From Longimicrobiales bacterium (GTDB lineage Bacteria; Gemmatimonadota; Gemmatimonadetes; Longimicrobiales; Gaopeijiaceae), in the NCBI GenBank assembly GCA_965238005.1, contig OZ250165.1:832001-896000 (forward strand): 64,000 nucleotides of DNA, read 5' to 3'. The notes beneath the pieces were generated by a model. The model did no database searches. It was not told the DNA's origin and saw only the letters and a program-made list of their open reading frames with translations. Shown one piece after another: positions 50,390 to 61,824 of this stretch. Position numbers and translations under genes: made by a program. Position 1 is the stretch's first letter, and every line of letters begins with the position of its first letter.

Positions 50390-53300
50390 ATGTCGGAGGA
50401 AACGTGCTGGTCTGGTCAGCCGCGGGCAGAAGGTGGCGGAATCACTGGTCTCCGGCGCCAAATCGCGCGCCAGCCGGGACTTCTTGTGGGCGCCGGGCTG
50501 GTGTTTGCGCGTACCGCGTCCGCGACATGGCGGGGATTGCTCGTCGCGTCGCTCCTCGCCCCCGCTGCGGTGGCTTCCGCCCGCCCCGCCTCCGCACAAG
50601 CCGAGATCGAACTCCTGAGTGCGACGCTCACGCCGGCACAACAGCCGCCGCTGACGCTCACCGACGGTAGGATCCAGACCTTCATCGGCTGCCAGCAAGC
50701 TGTGTCCGAGCGCCGATGCAGCACCCACATGACGGACCACGACTTCACCGAAGAGGCCGTCAACTACATTGTCAAGACCTTAGTGTATGTACGCGAGGAA
50801 AGCGCTGAAAATGTCGCCCCAGCTATCTCGATAGTTTTCAATCCGGGGTTGTCGACCCGTCTCCAGACGATGACGCTGCAGGTCGGGGATTCTGCCTTGG
50901 CTTTCCCGGCGGCACGTGGATCCTACGATGGCAACAGCTTCTCTGATCGGACCTGGGATATTGGGTTCGAATGGACCGAAGGAACCCCCGTATCGATCCG
51001 GCTGACGCGTCCGAACGTCGCCCCCACGGCGGTCGACGGTGGAGTCGGGACGTACCTGAACGAGGCGTACACGTTCGAGGCGTCGGATTTCGGGTTTTCG
51101 GACGTGGACGAGGAGCACGGCCAGAGCCTTCAGAACGTGAGGATCGTGGCGCTCCCCGCCTCGGGGACGGTGATGCTCGGAGGCACGGCGGTGACGGCCG
51201 GCGAGTCGGTGGCGAAGGGGGACCTCGACGCCGGACGGCTCACGTACACCCAGCCCGGCACCGACCCGGAGGATGCGAGCTTCACCTTCAAGGTGAGCGA
51301 CGGCACGGCGGAGAGCGATGGGCCGTACACGATGGACATCGAGGTGCGTTCCCCGGCGCCGGGGCCGCCGGAGAACCTGACCGCCGCCGCAGGCGACGGC
51401 GCGGCTACCCTTGGCTGGGAGGCACCGGCGAACAGCGGCGCCTCGGCGATCGTCCGCTACGAAGTCCGCCATGCGGCGGCCAACTCGGTGCCGATGAACA
51501 CGGCCTGGCAGTCCGTCGGGCTGACTTTGAGCCACTCGATCACCGGGCTGACGAACGGGCAGGTCTACACGTTTGAGGTGCGCGCGGTGAACGGCTCCAA
51601 CCCGGCCGAAGGCCCTGCGGCGGAGGTGCGGGCCACGCCAGCACCAGTCGTCTCCATCACCCCCGGTTTCCTGTCCGTTGCCGAAGATGCCGGCGAGGCC
51701 GTGCTGACGGTTTCGCTGCACCGGCCCGCCGAGTCCGCGCTGTCGGTTTCCTGGCATACGCAGGATGAACGCGCGGACGCGCCGAACGACTACACGGCCC
51801 GGCAGGATGCGGTGACTTTCGCCGCCGGTGAAGACCGGAAGACCGTTTCCGTGCCCATCGTGGACGACGCGGTGCGGGAGGACCCGGTCCATGACGTACA
51901 CGAGACGTTCTTCGTCATCCTCGAGGCAGGCCAGGGCTACAGCCGGAGCGACAGCTCGTACGCCCTCGTGGAGATCGTCGACAACGACGGAGACGCCGCG
52001 CCGGACGTGACGCCGCCGCGGCTCCTCCAAAGGACGGTGAACGGCACCACGCTGGTGCTTACCTACGACGAGACGCTCGACGACGCGTCGGTCCCGGCCC
52101 CGGGCGACTTCGTCGTTGCGGCGGCTGGGAACACAATCAACGTGACCCAAGTGAGCGTCGACGGATCGAGAGTGACGCTGACGCTGGCCGTCCCCGTCCA
52201 GCCCAGCCAGGCGGTGTCGATCGACTACACGCCGGGGGCGACCCCGATCCAGGACGCGTCGGGCAACGACGCGGGTCCGATCTCGGGCATGGACGTACGG
52301 CCGCCGCAGCTCACCCGGGCGACGGTGAACGCAAGCAGGCTGGTCCTGACCTACGACGAGACGCTTGACGGCGCGTCGATCCCGGCCCCGGGCGACTTCG
52401 TCGTGACGGCGGCGGGGAGCACGGTCGGAGTGAACGGTGTGAGCGTGGGCGGCTCGGCGGTGACGCTGACGCTGGCCACCGCCGTCCAGGCGAACCAGGC
52501 GGTGACGCTCGACTACACGCCGGGCGCGAGCCCGACCCAGGACGTGGCGGGCAACGACGCGGCGGCGCTCTCCGGGCAGGCCGTGACCAACAACACTCCG
52601 GGAAGCGGTGAAGGCAGCGGCGGTGGTACTGGTGATCCCTCGGTGCCGGGCGCACCTGCGTCCCTGACGGCGACGGCGGGGGACGAAGAGGTGGCGCTCG
52701 TCTGGAGCGCGCCCGCGGACGATGGCGGCGCACCCGTCACCGGCTACGAGTACCGCTACACGGTGGGAGACGCGGTGCCCGGGGATACGCCGTGGCAGTC
52801 CGCCGGGCTCAACCTCGAGTGGACGGTGACCGGCCTGACCAATGGCCAGCAGTATGCCTTCGAGGTGCGGGCGCTGAGCCGCGTGGGCGAGGGTGCAGCA
52901 CGGGGAGCCCTGGCCACGCCGGTTGGGCGGCTGGGCGTGCCCGCATCCCTGACGGCGACGGCGGGCGACGAAGAGGTGGAGCTGGCCTGGAGCGCGCCCG
53001 CGGACGATGGCGGCGCGCCCGTCACCGGCTACGAGTACCGCTACGCGGCGGGAGCTGCGGTGCCCGAGGATACGCCGTGGCAGTCCGCCGGGCTCAACTT
53101 CGAGTGGACGGTGACCGGCCTGACCAATGGCCAACGATACGCCTTCGAGGTGCGGGCGCGGAACCGCGTGGGCGAAGGCGAGGCGCGGGGAGCCCTGGCC
53201 ACGCCGGTGGGGCGGCCGGGCGTGCTAGCATCCCTGACGGCGACGGCGGGCGATGGAGAGGTGGCGCTCGTCTGGAGTGCGCCCGCGGACGATGGCGGCG

Positions 53301-55705
53301 CACCCGTCACCGGCTACGAGTATCGCTACGCGGCGGGAGACGCGGTGCCCGGGGAGACGGCCTGGCAGGAGCCGGACGGCGACCGGGCGGCGACGGTCAC
53401 GGAGCTGGAGAACGAGACGCGCTACGCCTTCGAGGTGCGGGCGCGAAACCGCGTGGGCGAAGGCGAAGCGGCGAAGACGACGGCCCTGCCGCTTCGGCTG
53501 CGGGCGGAGTTGTTCAGCGCGTCGTCGGCGGCGGAAGGCGAGGCGCTCGTGATCGGGGTGCGCCGGAGCGGGGGGCTCGCGGTTCCGGCCCACGCCTACA
53601 TCGGCGTGACGGACAGCGCGCTGCCCGGCGTGACCGCGACGGACGAGGGGCGCGACGACGGGCTCGGCCGCCACCGGCTGGAGTTCGCAGCTGGCGCGGC
53701 CGAGGCGACGGTCGCGGTCACTATCGCCTTCGACGGCGAGCTCCGACAGGACCGTGCCTTGACCGCGACGCTCGATTCCGCGGAAACGGAGGTCGACGGC
53801 GTAACGCGGGCCCATGAACTCGTCACCCCGACGCTGGTTGTTCCGGTGACGGAGGGGGACGCCGGGGTGTCGGTGGCCGATGCCCGAGTGCAGGGAGGGA
53901 GCGTGGTGCTGGCGTTCACGGTGAGCATGGACCGCACGCGGGACGCGGCTGTGCGGGTGGACTACGCCACGGAAGACGGTTCGGCCAGGGCCGGCGAGGA
54001 CTACACTCCGGTCACGGGGACACTGACGATCGCCCCCGGCGGGCGCGAGGGCACGGTGGAGGTGCCGGTGCTTCCGGCCCTGCACGTGACGGGCGAACGG
54101 ACGCTGACCCTGAAGCTGTCGAATGCCACCAACGCGGTGATCGACGACGCGTCGGCGACGGGCACGATCGTTCGCGAATCGGAGCTGCCCAAGGCTTGGC
54201 TGGCGCGGTTCGGGCGGACGGCCTCGGACCACGCGGCCCAGGCGATCGCGACGCGGCTCGAGGCCGGCCGGCGGGAGACACAGGTGACGGTGGCCGGCCG
54301 GCGTGTGGACGGGCTGTCGGTGGGCGGCCTGGTGTTGGGGGCGCTACCGTCGGGCGGATGGAGGCCGGCTTCGGCTGTTGAGGACATGGCGACCAGGCTG
54401 GCGGCGCCCGCTCTGGCGGCTTCAGGCGCATCGGGCGCGGGTCCGGGTGTACCGGGTGTGTCACCCGGCGCCTGGGGCGGGGCTCCGGGCACGTTGGACC
54501 GGGAGTCCTCCGTAGATGCCGGGCAGGCGTTGCGCCGGGCCGTGCTTCCCGACTTCGGGTCCCGCCTGCCGGGGGCGGAGGAAGCGCTCCTGGGCAGCTC
54601 ATTCTACGTCGAAGGCGGAGCACAAGCCGCCGAGGGCGGCGGCACGTGGGCCGCATGGGGCGACGTGGCTGCGACCCGTTTCGAGGGCGATGCGAACGGG
54701 CTTGCGCTCGACGGCGACGTGGTGACGGGCACGCTAGGCCTGGACCGGCAGTGGCGGGCACTCCTGGTCGGGATCGCGCTCTCGAGGAGCAGCGGGGAGG
54801 GCGCCTACGGTCCGGGCGCGGGGACGATCGCGAGCACGCTGACGAGCGTCCACCCGTACGCGCAAGTACGGCTCGCGGACCGCGCGCAGCTGTGGGGCGC
54901 GGCGGGCTGGGGCCGGGGCGGGCTCGAGATCACGCCGGAGAGGGGGACCGCGCTCGAGGCGGATCTCACGAACAGGATGGGGGCACTCGGCGGGCGGGCA
55001 GTGCTCGCGGGCGCCGGTGCGCTCGAGATCGCGCTCCGCTCCGACCTGCTCTGGACGGAGACGTCCTCCGACGAGACCACTGGGCTGGCGGAGGCCGTGG
55101 GCACGGCGAGCCGCGGGCGGCTGATGCTCGAGGGCGCGGGCCGGATCCGGGGGCTCGGTGGCGTCGTGCGGCCCAGGATCGAAGGCGGCGTCCGCTACGA
55201 CGGCGGGGACGCGGAGACCGGACGAGGGTTCGAGGTGGGCGGCGGGCTCGGCTGGGCCCGGGGATCGCTCATGCTCGAGGCGAGCGGGAGAGTGCTCGTC
55301 GCCCACGCCGACGAGTCCTACGAGGAGTGGGGCTACAGCGGCTCGCTCGTCTACGCGCCGGGCGCCGACGGCCTCGGTCTCCAGATGCGGGTCGGATCCA
55401 CAGCGGGGGCGGCGGCGATGGGCGTCCGTAGCCTGTGGGCTGCAGAGAACGCGAGCGGCCTGGTGCGCCCGGGCCACGGCGGGATGCCCCTCGCGCAACG
55501 GTTCGACGCCGAGGTCGGCTACGGGCTCGGGGGCGGAGCACTGTGGTACCCGTACTTCGTCGCCGACGACTCCGGGCTGACGAGGTTCGGCCTCGAGCTC
55601 ACCTCGGCAGACGTGCTCGGCGTCGGCCTCGAGTTCGGGCGAAGGGAGGGTGTGGACCTTGGGCCGGAGGACACCATGCTCCTCCGGGGGGAGCTCAGGT
55701 TCTAG
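50390..55705 (+). CDS. Large autotransporter-like adhesin (cadherin-like, 4 FN3, Calx-beta and 2 SwmB-like repeats, C-terminal beta-barrel)
   Basis: Signal-like segment ending ASAQA; FN3 repeats with 285-bp period (52661, 52946, 53231); LVLTYDETLD repeats; ends in ...GELRF. Confidence 0.8.
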   Translation: MSEETCWSGQPRAEGGGITGLRRQIARQPGLLVGAGLVFARTASATWRGLLVASLLAPAAVASARPASAQAEIELLSATLTPAQQPPLTLTDGRIQTFIGCQQAVSERRCSTHMTDHDFTEEAVNYIVKTLVYVREESAENVAPAISIVFNPGLSTRLQTMTLQVGDSALAFPAARGSYDGNSFSDRTWDIGFEWTEGTPVSIRLTRPNVAPTAVDGGVGTYLNEAYTFEASDFGFSDVDEEHGQSLQNVRIVALPASGTVMLGGTAVTAGESVAKGDLDAGRLTYTQPGTDPEDASFTFKVSDGTAESDGPYTMDIEVRSPAPGPPENLTAAAGDGAATLGWEAPANSGASAIVRYEVRHAAANSVPMNTAWQSVGLTLSHSITGLTNGQVYTFEVRAVNGSNPAEGPAAEVRATPAPVVSITPGFLSVAEDAGEAVLTVSLHRPAESALSVSWHTQDERADAPNDYTARQDAVTFAAGEDRKTVSVPIVDDAVREDPVHDVHETFFVILEAGQGYSRSDSSYALVEIVDNDGDAAPDVTPPRLLQRTVNGTTLVLTYDETLDDASVPAPGDFVVAAAGNTINVTQVSVDGSRVTLTLAVPVQPSQAVSIDYTPGATPIQDASGNDAGPISGMDVRPPQLTRATVNASRLVLTYDETLDGASIPAPGDFVVTAAGSTVGVNGVSVGGSAVTLTLATAVQANQAVTLDYTPGASPTQDVAGNDAAALSGQAVTNNTPGSGEGSGGGTGDPSVPGAPASLTATAGDEEVALVWSAPADDGGAPVTGYEYRYTVGDAVPGDTPWQSAGLNLEWTVTGLTNGQQYAFEVRALSRVGEGAARGALATPVGRLGVPASLTATAGDEEVELAWSAPADDGGAPVTGYEYRYAAGAAVPEDTPWQSAGLNFEWTVTGLTNGQRYAFEVRARNRVGEGEARGALATPVGRPGVLASLTATAGDGEVALVWSAPADDGGAPVTGYEYRYAAGDAVPGETAWQEPDGDRAATVTELENETRYAFEVRARNRVGEGEAAKTTALPLRLRAELFSASSAAEGEALVIGVRRSGGLAVPAHAYIGVTDSALPGVTATDEGRDDGLGRHRLEFAAGAAEATVAVTIAFDGELRQDRALTATLDSAETEVDGVTRAHELVTPTLVVPVTEGDAGVSVADARVQGGSVVLAFTVSMDRTRDAAVRVDYATEDGSARAGEDYTPVTGTLTIAPGGREGTVEVPVLPALHVTGERTLTLKLSNATNAVIDDASATGTIVRESELPKAWLARFGRTASDHAAQAIATRLEAGRRETQVTVAGRRVDGLSVGGLVLGALPSGGWRPASAVEDMATRLAAPALAASGASGAGPGVPGVSPGAWGGAPGTLDRESSVDAGQALRRAVLPDFGSRLPGAEEALLGSSFYVEGGAQAAEGGGTWAAWGDVAATRFEGDANGLALDGDVVTGTLGLDRQWRALLVGIALSRSSGEGAYGPGAGTIASTLTSVHPYAQVRLADRAQLWGAAGWGRGGLEITPERGTALEADLTNRMGALGGRAVLAGAGALEIALRSDLLWTETSSDETTGLAEAVGTASRGRLMLEGAGRIRGLGGVVRPRIEGGVRYDGGDAETGRGFEVGGGLGWARGSLMLEASGRVLVAHADESYEEWGYSGSLVYAPGADGLGLQMRVGSTAGAAAMGVRSLWAAENASGLVRPGHGGMPLAQRFDAEVGYGLGGGALWYPYFVADDSGLTRFGLELTSADVLGVGLEFGRREGVDLGPEDTMLLRGELRF

Positions 55706-56238
55706 CGGCTGGGGCTCGGGGAGGTGGATACGCTGCGGGCCCGGGCGGCCGCGCCCGCGGCCTGCCGAAGTCCGGCTGGCGACATTCTCCGCTCGTGCGG
55801 TCAGACACTCTCGGTTCCTCCGTGGCGTCCGCTCCGGTCCCGGTCCCCCCGAGTTGGACGCCCCTGCCCGCATCGATGCGATGCACGGCGCTCTAGCCCC
55901 GGGCCGCGCTTGGTCGGGCAGTTCGCGACTCGCCTAGCAAACACACTCGCAGATCGCGTATCGACCGTTGCCGCCGCGGAGACGTTGGCCGGGCACGTCC
56001 GATCGCGACCGGCTGCGTCCCTCGACCGCACGGGCATGAGAACATCCACGCTCGGTCGGCAAGCGGTGGGCGATCCGATCCCGGTGCGTCAGCTACGCCG
56101 TGGCCGCTCTCCAAGGCTGGCGATGGCCTGCCAGGTCCCCGTGTTCATCGAAGCCTGCCGCCGGGCCCAAGTGGCCCCTGTTCCCTCCCGGGGCAACGCG
56201 CCCCGCAATTCTTCACCGAACAGAACGGAGGCAGACCG

Positions 56239-56466
56239 ATGACGAGAGCAATGGAACAGGGCATGGACGCGCCCGCGCGCGTCCTGAGGTTACCTCGAGT
56301 GCAGGCCCGCACGGGGCTGGCGCGGAGCACGATCTACGTGCGGGTGGCCGACGGGAGCTTTCCCCAACCGATCCGGCTAGGCGCGCGCGCCGTCGGCTGG
56401 ATCGAGTCCGAAGTGGATGCGTGGATCCGAGAACAGATCGCCGCGAGCCGCAGCAGTGCCGAGTGA
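56239..56466 (+). CDS. alpA: AlpA-family regulator/excisionase
   Basis: LRLPRVQARTGLARSTIY...FPQPIRLGARAVGWIESEVDAWI. Confidence 0.9.
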   Translation: MTRAMEQGMDAPARVLRLPRVQARTGLARSTIYVRVADGSFPQPIRLGARAVGWIESEVDAWIREQIAASRSSAE

Positions 56467-56552
56467 TCTGAGACGGAAATCATCTGACAGTTCGCCATGA
56501 GAGAGGACAGGGGCCATCGACAAACTGCCCTCCCGCAAGGTTCGCTCCTTCG

Positions 56553-56700
56553 CCGAAACGCCATTTTCATGTGCGCGCCAGCGCTCCCTTATGTGGCTGC
56601 CTGTCTTGCAGTTGCGGCACGGCCGCCGGAGCGGCGACGCCGCTCCTGAGCTTTCGGCCGTAGAAGGGAGCGACCCCCCCTTTGGGGATGCCTCGATCGG
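56553..56700. repeat. 148-bp copy of the non-coding element at 38448-38595
   Basis: Direct alignment shows about 6 mismatches. Confidence 0.9.
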
Positions 56701-56722
56701 GGAAGCGGCTGGCGCTGGGCGT

Positions 56723-57010
56723 CTACGTCTTTTTCGCTGGCTCGACGATGATTCGCCCGCGCCCGCGTTTGACCACATAGCCGCCAGAACGAATCGCAAG
56801 CTTGCCTTGCTCAACAAGGGACCAAAGACTTTCGGCGATCAACTCGGCGTTCCGGTCGCTCGCCCTTGCGGTTGCCGGCCGGGAGAGCCACTCGGCGAAC
56901 GCCCGCTCGCCGATATCTTCGCCGACGGACTTGCGAAGTGCGTTCAGCTTGCGGAGGTGGCCCTTCGTTAGAGCACTCTCATCAATGTCCCTCGAGGATG
57001 TCTGCGGCAT
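56723..57010 (-). CDS. Small hypothetical protein
   Basis: 95 aa with a GGGAGAG RBS. Confidence 0.5.
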   Translation of the reverse strand: MPQTSSRDIDESALTKGHLRKLNALRKSVGEDIGERAFAEWLSRPATARASDRNAELIAESLWSLVEQGKLAIRSGGYVVKRGRGRIIVEPAKKT

Positions 57011-57127
57011 AGCTCTCCCTTCCGTGATACTTATGTGCTGAGACCGTGGTGTGATTATAGCAGATTAGGGCCTTCGTCAACCTCCTCCCGCCGATGAGGT
57101 CTCCACGGCGGCTCTCCTTGAGGGGAG

Positions 57128-57345
57128 CTATTGATCTTCGATCCCTGTAAGCAGGTCCGCTTGGATGCGGCGACTCTTCCTGACCACCTGGCAGACCTGA
57201 CGAGCGGCCGCGGGGGTCTCGGCATAGTAGTTTGCGTGGGCGAGGTGATCGCGCAGATCACGGATCTCATTGAAGCCGCGCTTTACTGTGGTGGACGACA
57301 CCGAGCGCAAGTGCTTGATCTTCGGCTCCAGCGGGTGGGTACGTA
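57128..57345 (-). pseudogene. Possible HEPN-like C-terminal fragment
   Basis: EIRDLRDHLAHAN (Rx4H); no start region visible. Confidence 0.3.
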
Positions 57346-57396
57346 GTCGTCAAAGATGGCAATCGGGTGGCCGACGTGTCCGCCAAGGTCCGCTAG

Positions 57397-58997
57397 GAGT
57401 CTGCGCCGCAGAACCCTGCGGCGGCTATCTTTGGTGGTAGCGAAGGCATTGGGAAGGCTTGCGGATCACCGAGGGGGGTGAATGGGAACGACATTTCGAC
57501 CGTACGATCCGGAGCAGATGTTGTTGCTGCCTCCGGATCTTCGGGAGTGGGTGTCGGAGGGTCATTTGGCGCACCATGTGAGCGACCTGGTGGACGCGGT
57601 GGAGCTGAGCGCGTTCTACGGGCGGTACCGGGGGGACGGGCGGCGCAACTCGCCGTACGACCCTCGGATGATGGTCAAGGTGCTGATCTACGCGTATGCG
57701 ACGGGCACCTTCTCGTCGCGGAAGATGGCGAGGAAGCTGGAGGAGGATGTCGCGTTTCGGATGCTGGCGGCGGAGAACTTCCCGAAGCACCGGACGCTGT
57801 GCGAGTTCCGCAAGCGCCATCTCGGGGATTTCCGGGCGGTGTTTGTGGAGGTGGTGATGCTCGCGCGGGCCTTGGGGCTGGCGGGGCTTGGCAGGGTGTC
57901 GGTGGACGGGACGAAGGTTCGGGCGAACGCGAACAAGCGCAAGGCGATGAGCTACGGCCGGATGGTGACCGGGGAGCCTCGGCTGGAGGCGGAGATCCGG
58001 GGGCTGTTGGAGAGGGCCGAGGCGGTGGACGAAGCGGAAGACGAGCGCTACGGCGAGGAAGCATGCGGAGACGAGGTGCCGGAGGAGCTCAAGCGGCGCG
58101 AGGACCGGCTGGCGGCGATCCGGGAGGCGAAGGCGCGCCTGGAAGCCGAGCAGAGAGCGGCGGACGACGCACGGGGCCGCAAGCCGGGGCAGACGCGCAA
58201 CCCGAAGGGCGGCAGGCCCTACAAGCGGGAGTACGGAGAGCCGGACGAGGCGGCGCAGAGCAACTTCACGGACCCTGAGAGCCGGATCATGAAGACGAGT
58301 TCGGAGGGGTTCCAGCAGTGCTACAACGCACAGACGGTCGTGGAGGGGGAGAACCAGCTGGTGGTCGGGGCCGAGGTGACGGACAACGCGAGCGACCAGG
58401 GCCAGCTGGTGCCCATGGTCGACGCGGTGGCGCAAGCGTACGGCGAGACGCCGGCGCAGGTGCTGGCGGACACGGGCTATTGCAACGAGCGGGATCTCGA
58501 GGAACTGGAAGAGCGAGACATCGACGGGTATGTGGCGCTGGCCCGGGAGGGCAAGGCCGCCCCCACGGTTGACAAGGAGGAATATCCGGCGAAAGTCCGC
58601 ATGGCGGAGAAGCTGGCGAGCGAAGATGGCCGCAGACGCTACGCACGGCGAAAGTCGCAGGCCGAGGCGCCCATCGGCTGGATCAAGGAAGTGATGGGCT
58701 TTCGACGATTCAGCTTCCGGGGCCTCGAGAAGGTCCGGGCCGAGTGGACCCTCGTGTGCCTGGCACTCAATGTGAAGCGGCTGCACACCCTTCAGGCGGC
58801 ATGACTGCACGAGGGTTCACCCGCATCTGCCGGCGCGAGGGCTCTCGTAGCTCTCTTGCCCCCCCAACGCATCCATTCCGCTCTCCCGATCCGTCGCAGA
58901 CACAAGTCCTCAACCTCCCAATCACCCGGATCCGCCTCGCCGCGGACGGCTCGATGACCATTCGGCTCAGTCAGCTGTGCTTCTGCGGCGCAGACTC
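57397..58997 (+). mobile_element. IS1182-family element (transposase 57482-58804)
   Basis: IRs GAGTCTGCGCCGCAGAA / TTCTGCGGCGCAGACTC; CTAG on both sides; VDGTKVRANA, TDPESRIM, YNAQ, ADTGY motifs. Confidence 0.9.
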
Positions 58998-59135
58998 CTA
59001 GGGTCGTTTGGAATCCAGTTCCTAAAATGGGTATGAAAAGGGGACAACCAAAGAGATAGCATATATATATCGTGGTACTACAGTAACTTATCAGATTCAT
59101 CATGATTCTTGCCGTGATTCACGCCACCGGCATTT

Positions 59136-59177
59136 CGCTTATCAGGCGTGCGCTCTAACCACCTGAGCTACAGGCCC
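59136..59177 (-). tRNA. 5' half only of tRNA-Ile(GAU), probable att remnant
   Basis: GGGCCTGTAGCTCAGGTGGTTAGAGCGCACGCCTGATAAGCG, then no T-arm or acceptor 3' strand. Confidence 0.75.
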
Positions 59178-59509
59178 CAAGAACCGAAAAAGCTAGCAAT
59201 TCCGGTGCCTTTCCTCAACCGCTTCATTCCTCTCGAATCCCTCTTGGTGTCAATTCCGGTGTCAACAAACTGTTGAAGCCTCACTTCTGAACTATCCATG
59301 CATCCCGGATGTCGTCTGCCGAACATCATCGTAGATGTCTCGGAGCGTGGTCCACCGTGTGCCGGCCATGCCCTCCTGGATCTTTGGAGGGAGATTCCTA
59401 AACCACGGGTCCCGCACACCGCTACGCTTTTCCGAGTGAAAACCGACACTGGCGGATCGTGTTGTTTCGCCGTCGCGTCTCCCGTTGAAGCTCGAGAGCG
59501 GCCACAAAT

Positions 59510-60854
59510 TGGAGCTGTCCCGTTTCAGTGGACGGGTGAACACTGAGGTTTATAGTCTGTCCCCCTCGCTGGGGAGAGGAAAGCTTCCCCCGCGCAGCGG
59601 GGGAGTAAAGGGCAACTTGGCCACGCAGGTTTCTCATGCTGCCGCTCCGTGGCGACGCTCGAAGTTGATGGGCGACAGCTGACCCAGTGCCGAGTGTCGC
59701 CTCCGGGGGTTGTAGAAGCCCTCGATGAAGTCGAACACGGCCATCTTCGCCTCGGCCTGGGTCCGGAAGCGCTGCCGGTCGAGTAGCTCGCACTCGAGCG
59801 TCGCGAAGAAGCTCTCGCACATCGCGTTGTCGTAGGCGTCGCCCACGGAGCCCATCGAGGGCCGCACACCGACATCGTTGCAGCGTAGGCCGAAGGCGAT
59901 CGAGGTGTACTGGGTTCCCTGATCACTGTGATGGATGACGCATTCGGGCCGGCGCTGCCAGGTCGCCATGTTCAGCGCGTCCAGGACGAGCTCGGTGCGC
60001 AGGTGCGTAGCCATCGACCACCCGACCACCCGCCTGCTCCAGACGTCGAGCACAACCGCGAGGTACAAGAACCCCGCCCAGGTCGGGATGTAGGTGATGT
60101 CGGCCACCCACAACTGGTCTGGCCCGTCTGCGCTGAAGTCCCGCTCGATGAGATCCGGCGCGGGACGGGCGTCCTCGTTGCGCCTGGTCGTCTTCGGGCC
60201 GCGCCGCCTCCGGCTAGCTCCCACAATCTCGGCCTGCTTCATGAGCCGGCCCACCCGCTTCTCACCGACCCGCTCGCCAGCTTCCTTGAGGTCCGCGTAG
60301 ATGCGGGGCCGGCCATAGACCCTTCGGTTCTCGCGCCAGACCGTCTCGATCCGCTCTGTGAGCTCCTCATCTCGCTTCGCCCGAGCCGAAGGCTCGCGAT
60401 CCAACCAGGCGTAGTAGCCGCTGGGGGAGAGATCCAGCACACGGCACATCGCCCGCACAGGGAAGTCGGCCTGATTCGTCTTCATGAACTCGAACCCCGT
60501 TCCGGGATCGAGTTGCTCTCCCGAGCAAACCAGGCGGCGGCTTTTTTTAGAATCTCCTGCTCCATGCGCAGACGCTTGTTGTCACGCCGAAGCTGCCTGA
60601 GTTCCCCACGCTCCTCCGTCGTCAGCCCGTCACTGCGACGGCCTTCATCCAAGTCAGCTTGTTTGACCCAGTTCCGTATCGCCCCGTTTGAGGGCTCGAA
60701 CTCCCGGGCCAGCTCCTCCACGGAGCGGCCCGACCTGACCAACTCGACCATCTGCCGCCGAAACTCCGGCGGGTACGGCGCATGTGTTCTTGGCATCGTG
60801 GACTCCTCCTGTCTCCCTCACTACTGAGGTGTCCACCAAAGCGGGTCAACTCCA
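59510..60854 (-). mobile_element. IS3-family element, intact (orfA 60482-60796, orfB 59634-60485)
   Basis: TG...CA IRs, AAT duplication, A7 run near the orfA/B junction, WVADITY / HSDQGTQY / DNAMCESFF. Confidence 0.92.
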
Positions 60855-61033
60855 AATTGCCGGCTCAGCGAGTGGCGGATCAGGAGCCTCTGAACGTCGT
60901 CTGGCATCGCAGGACGACGCTGATCGTCGCCGACGAGCAGGTCTCGGCCCTCGATGCTCGACGATCGGTATTAGGGCCCGTACGTATACTCACGATCTAA
61001 AGATACGTAACCTCTACAGGGGTCGGCTCTCGA

Positions 61034-61480
61034 TCAGGTGGGTAACGGGTTCTTGGACAGGAGCGGCTTGCCGTCGACCGTGAAGTCGGCCGCGAAGTTG
61101 AAGACAGAGTTGAGCCGGCGAAACTCCGCGTCGAGGCCGCCGTACCGCACCGGCTTCGGCTGTCGGTATCCGCGCCTCCACCTCCCCTCGGCGTCCGGTC
61201 GGAGCCCCGGCGCCACCACCTCGAGCGAGCGACGCTTCCTGCAGCAGGCTTTCACGCGCACCGCATCCACGTCGGCGACGTCCAGGTCCGGAGCCCACGA
61301 CCCCAAATCCCGCGAAGCCACATCAGCTTGATCCGCCGAATCTCGTCCGATCATCCCGAGTGGGGCGAGGACCGGATCGACCTGGAGCTCAAGGCGAAAC
61401 TGGGGGTGGAGCACGCTCCCAGCACCATCCGCCGGTACATGGTCACCCGGAAGGGAGACGGTGCACCCGTCTCCACCACC
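61034..61480. pseudogene. Fragments of a tyrosine integrase (minus strand) and a DDE transposase (plus strand)
   Basis: DAEFRRLNSVFNFA...KPLLSKNPL resembles the 14964 integrase; LIRRISSDHPEWGEDRI...STIRRY is transposase-like. Confidence 0.45.
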
Positions 61481-61560
61481 TGGATTCTTGCTCTCTGGCG
61501 CCGCCTCCCAATCGAGTTTATCGTTTCTGCCCTCGAATCACCCGCTGAAGGAGAGCCTCC

Positions 61561-61824
61561 ATGGCAACGATCTTCCTACGCCACTCGGTCGCCGACTACG
61601 ACGCCTGGCGCCCCTTGTACGACGACGACGTGGCCCGCCGCGATACCGCCGGGCTGACGGAGGTCGGCGTCTTCCGGGACGCATCCGACCCCAACTCGGT
61701 GCTCCTCGTCTGGGACACAGACGACGTCAGCGGGTTCGAAGCAATGCTCGCCGACGAAGGGCTCAAGGCGGTGATGGACGAGGCCGGCGTAACGGGTCCC
61801 CCGGAGGTGTGGATCGCAGGTTAG
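61561..61824 (+). CDS. Small ferredoxin-fold (cyclase/ABM-like) protein
   Basis: RHSVADYDAWRPLYD...VFRDASDPNSV...AGVTGPPE; good RBS. Confidence 0.6.
   Translation: MATIFLRHSVADYDAWRPLYDDDVARRDTAGLTEVGVFRDASDPNSVLLVWDTDDVSGFEAMLADEGLKAVMDEAGVTGPPEVWIAG

Noticed and set aside
55710..56230. Riboswitch or ncRNA between the autotransporter and alpA
   Set aside because: Only GC-rich hairpins, with no recognisable family motif or second copy.
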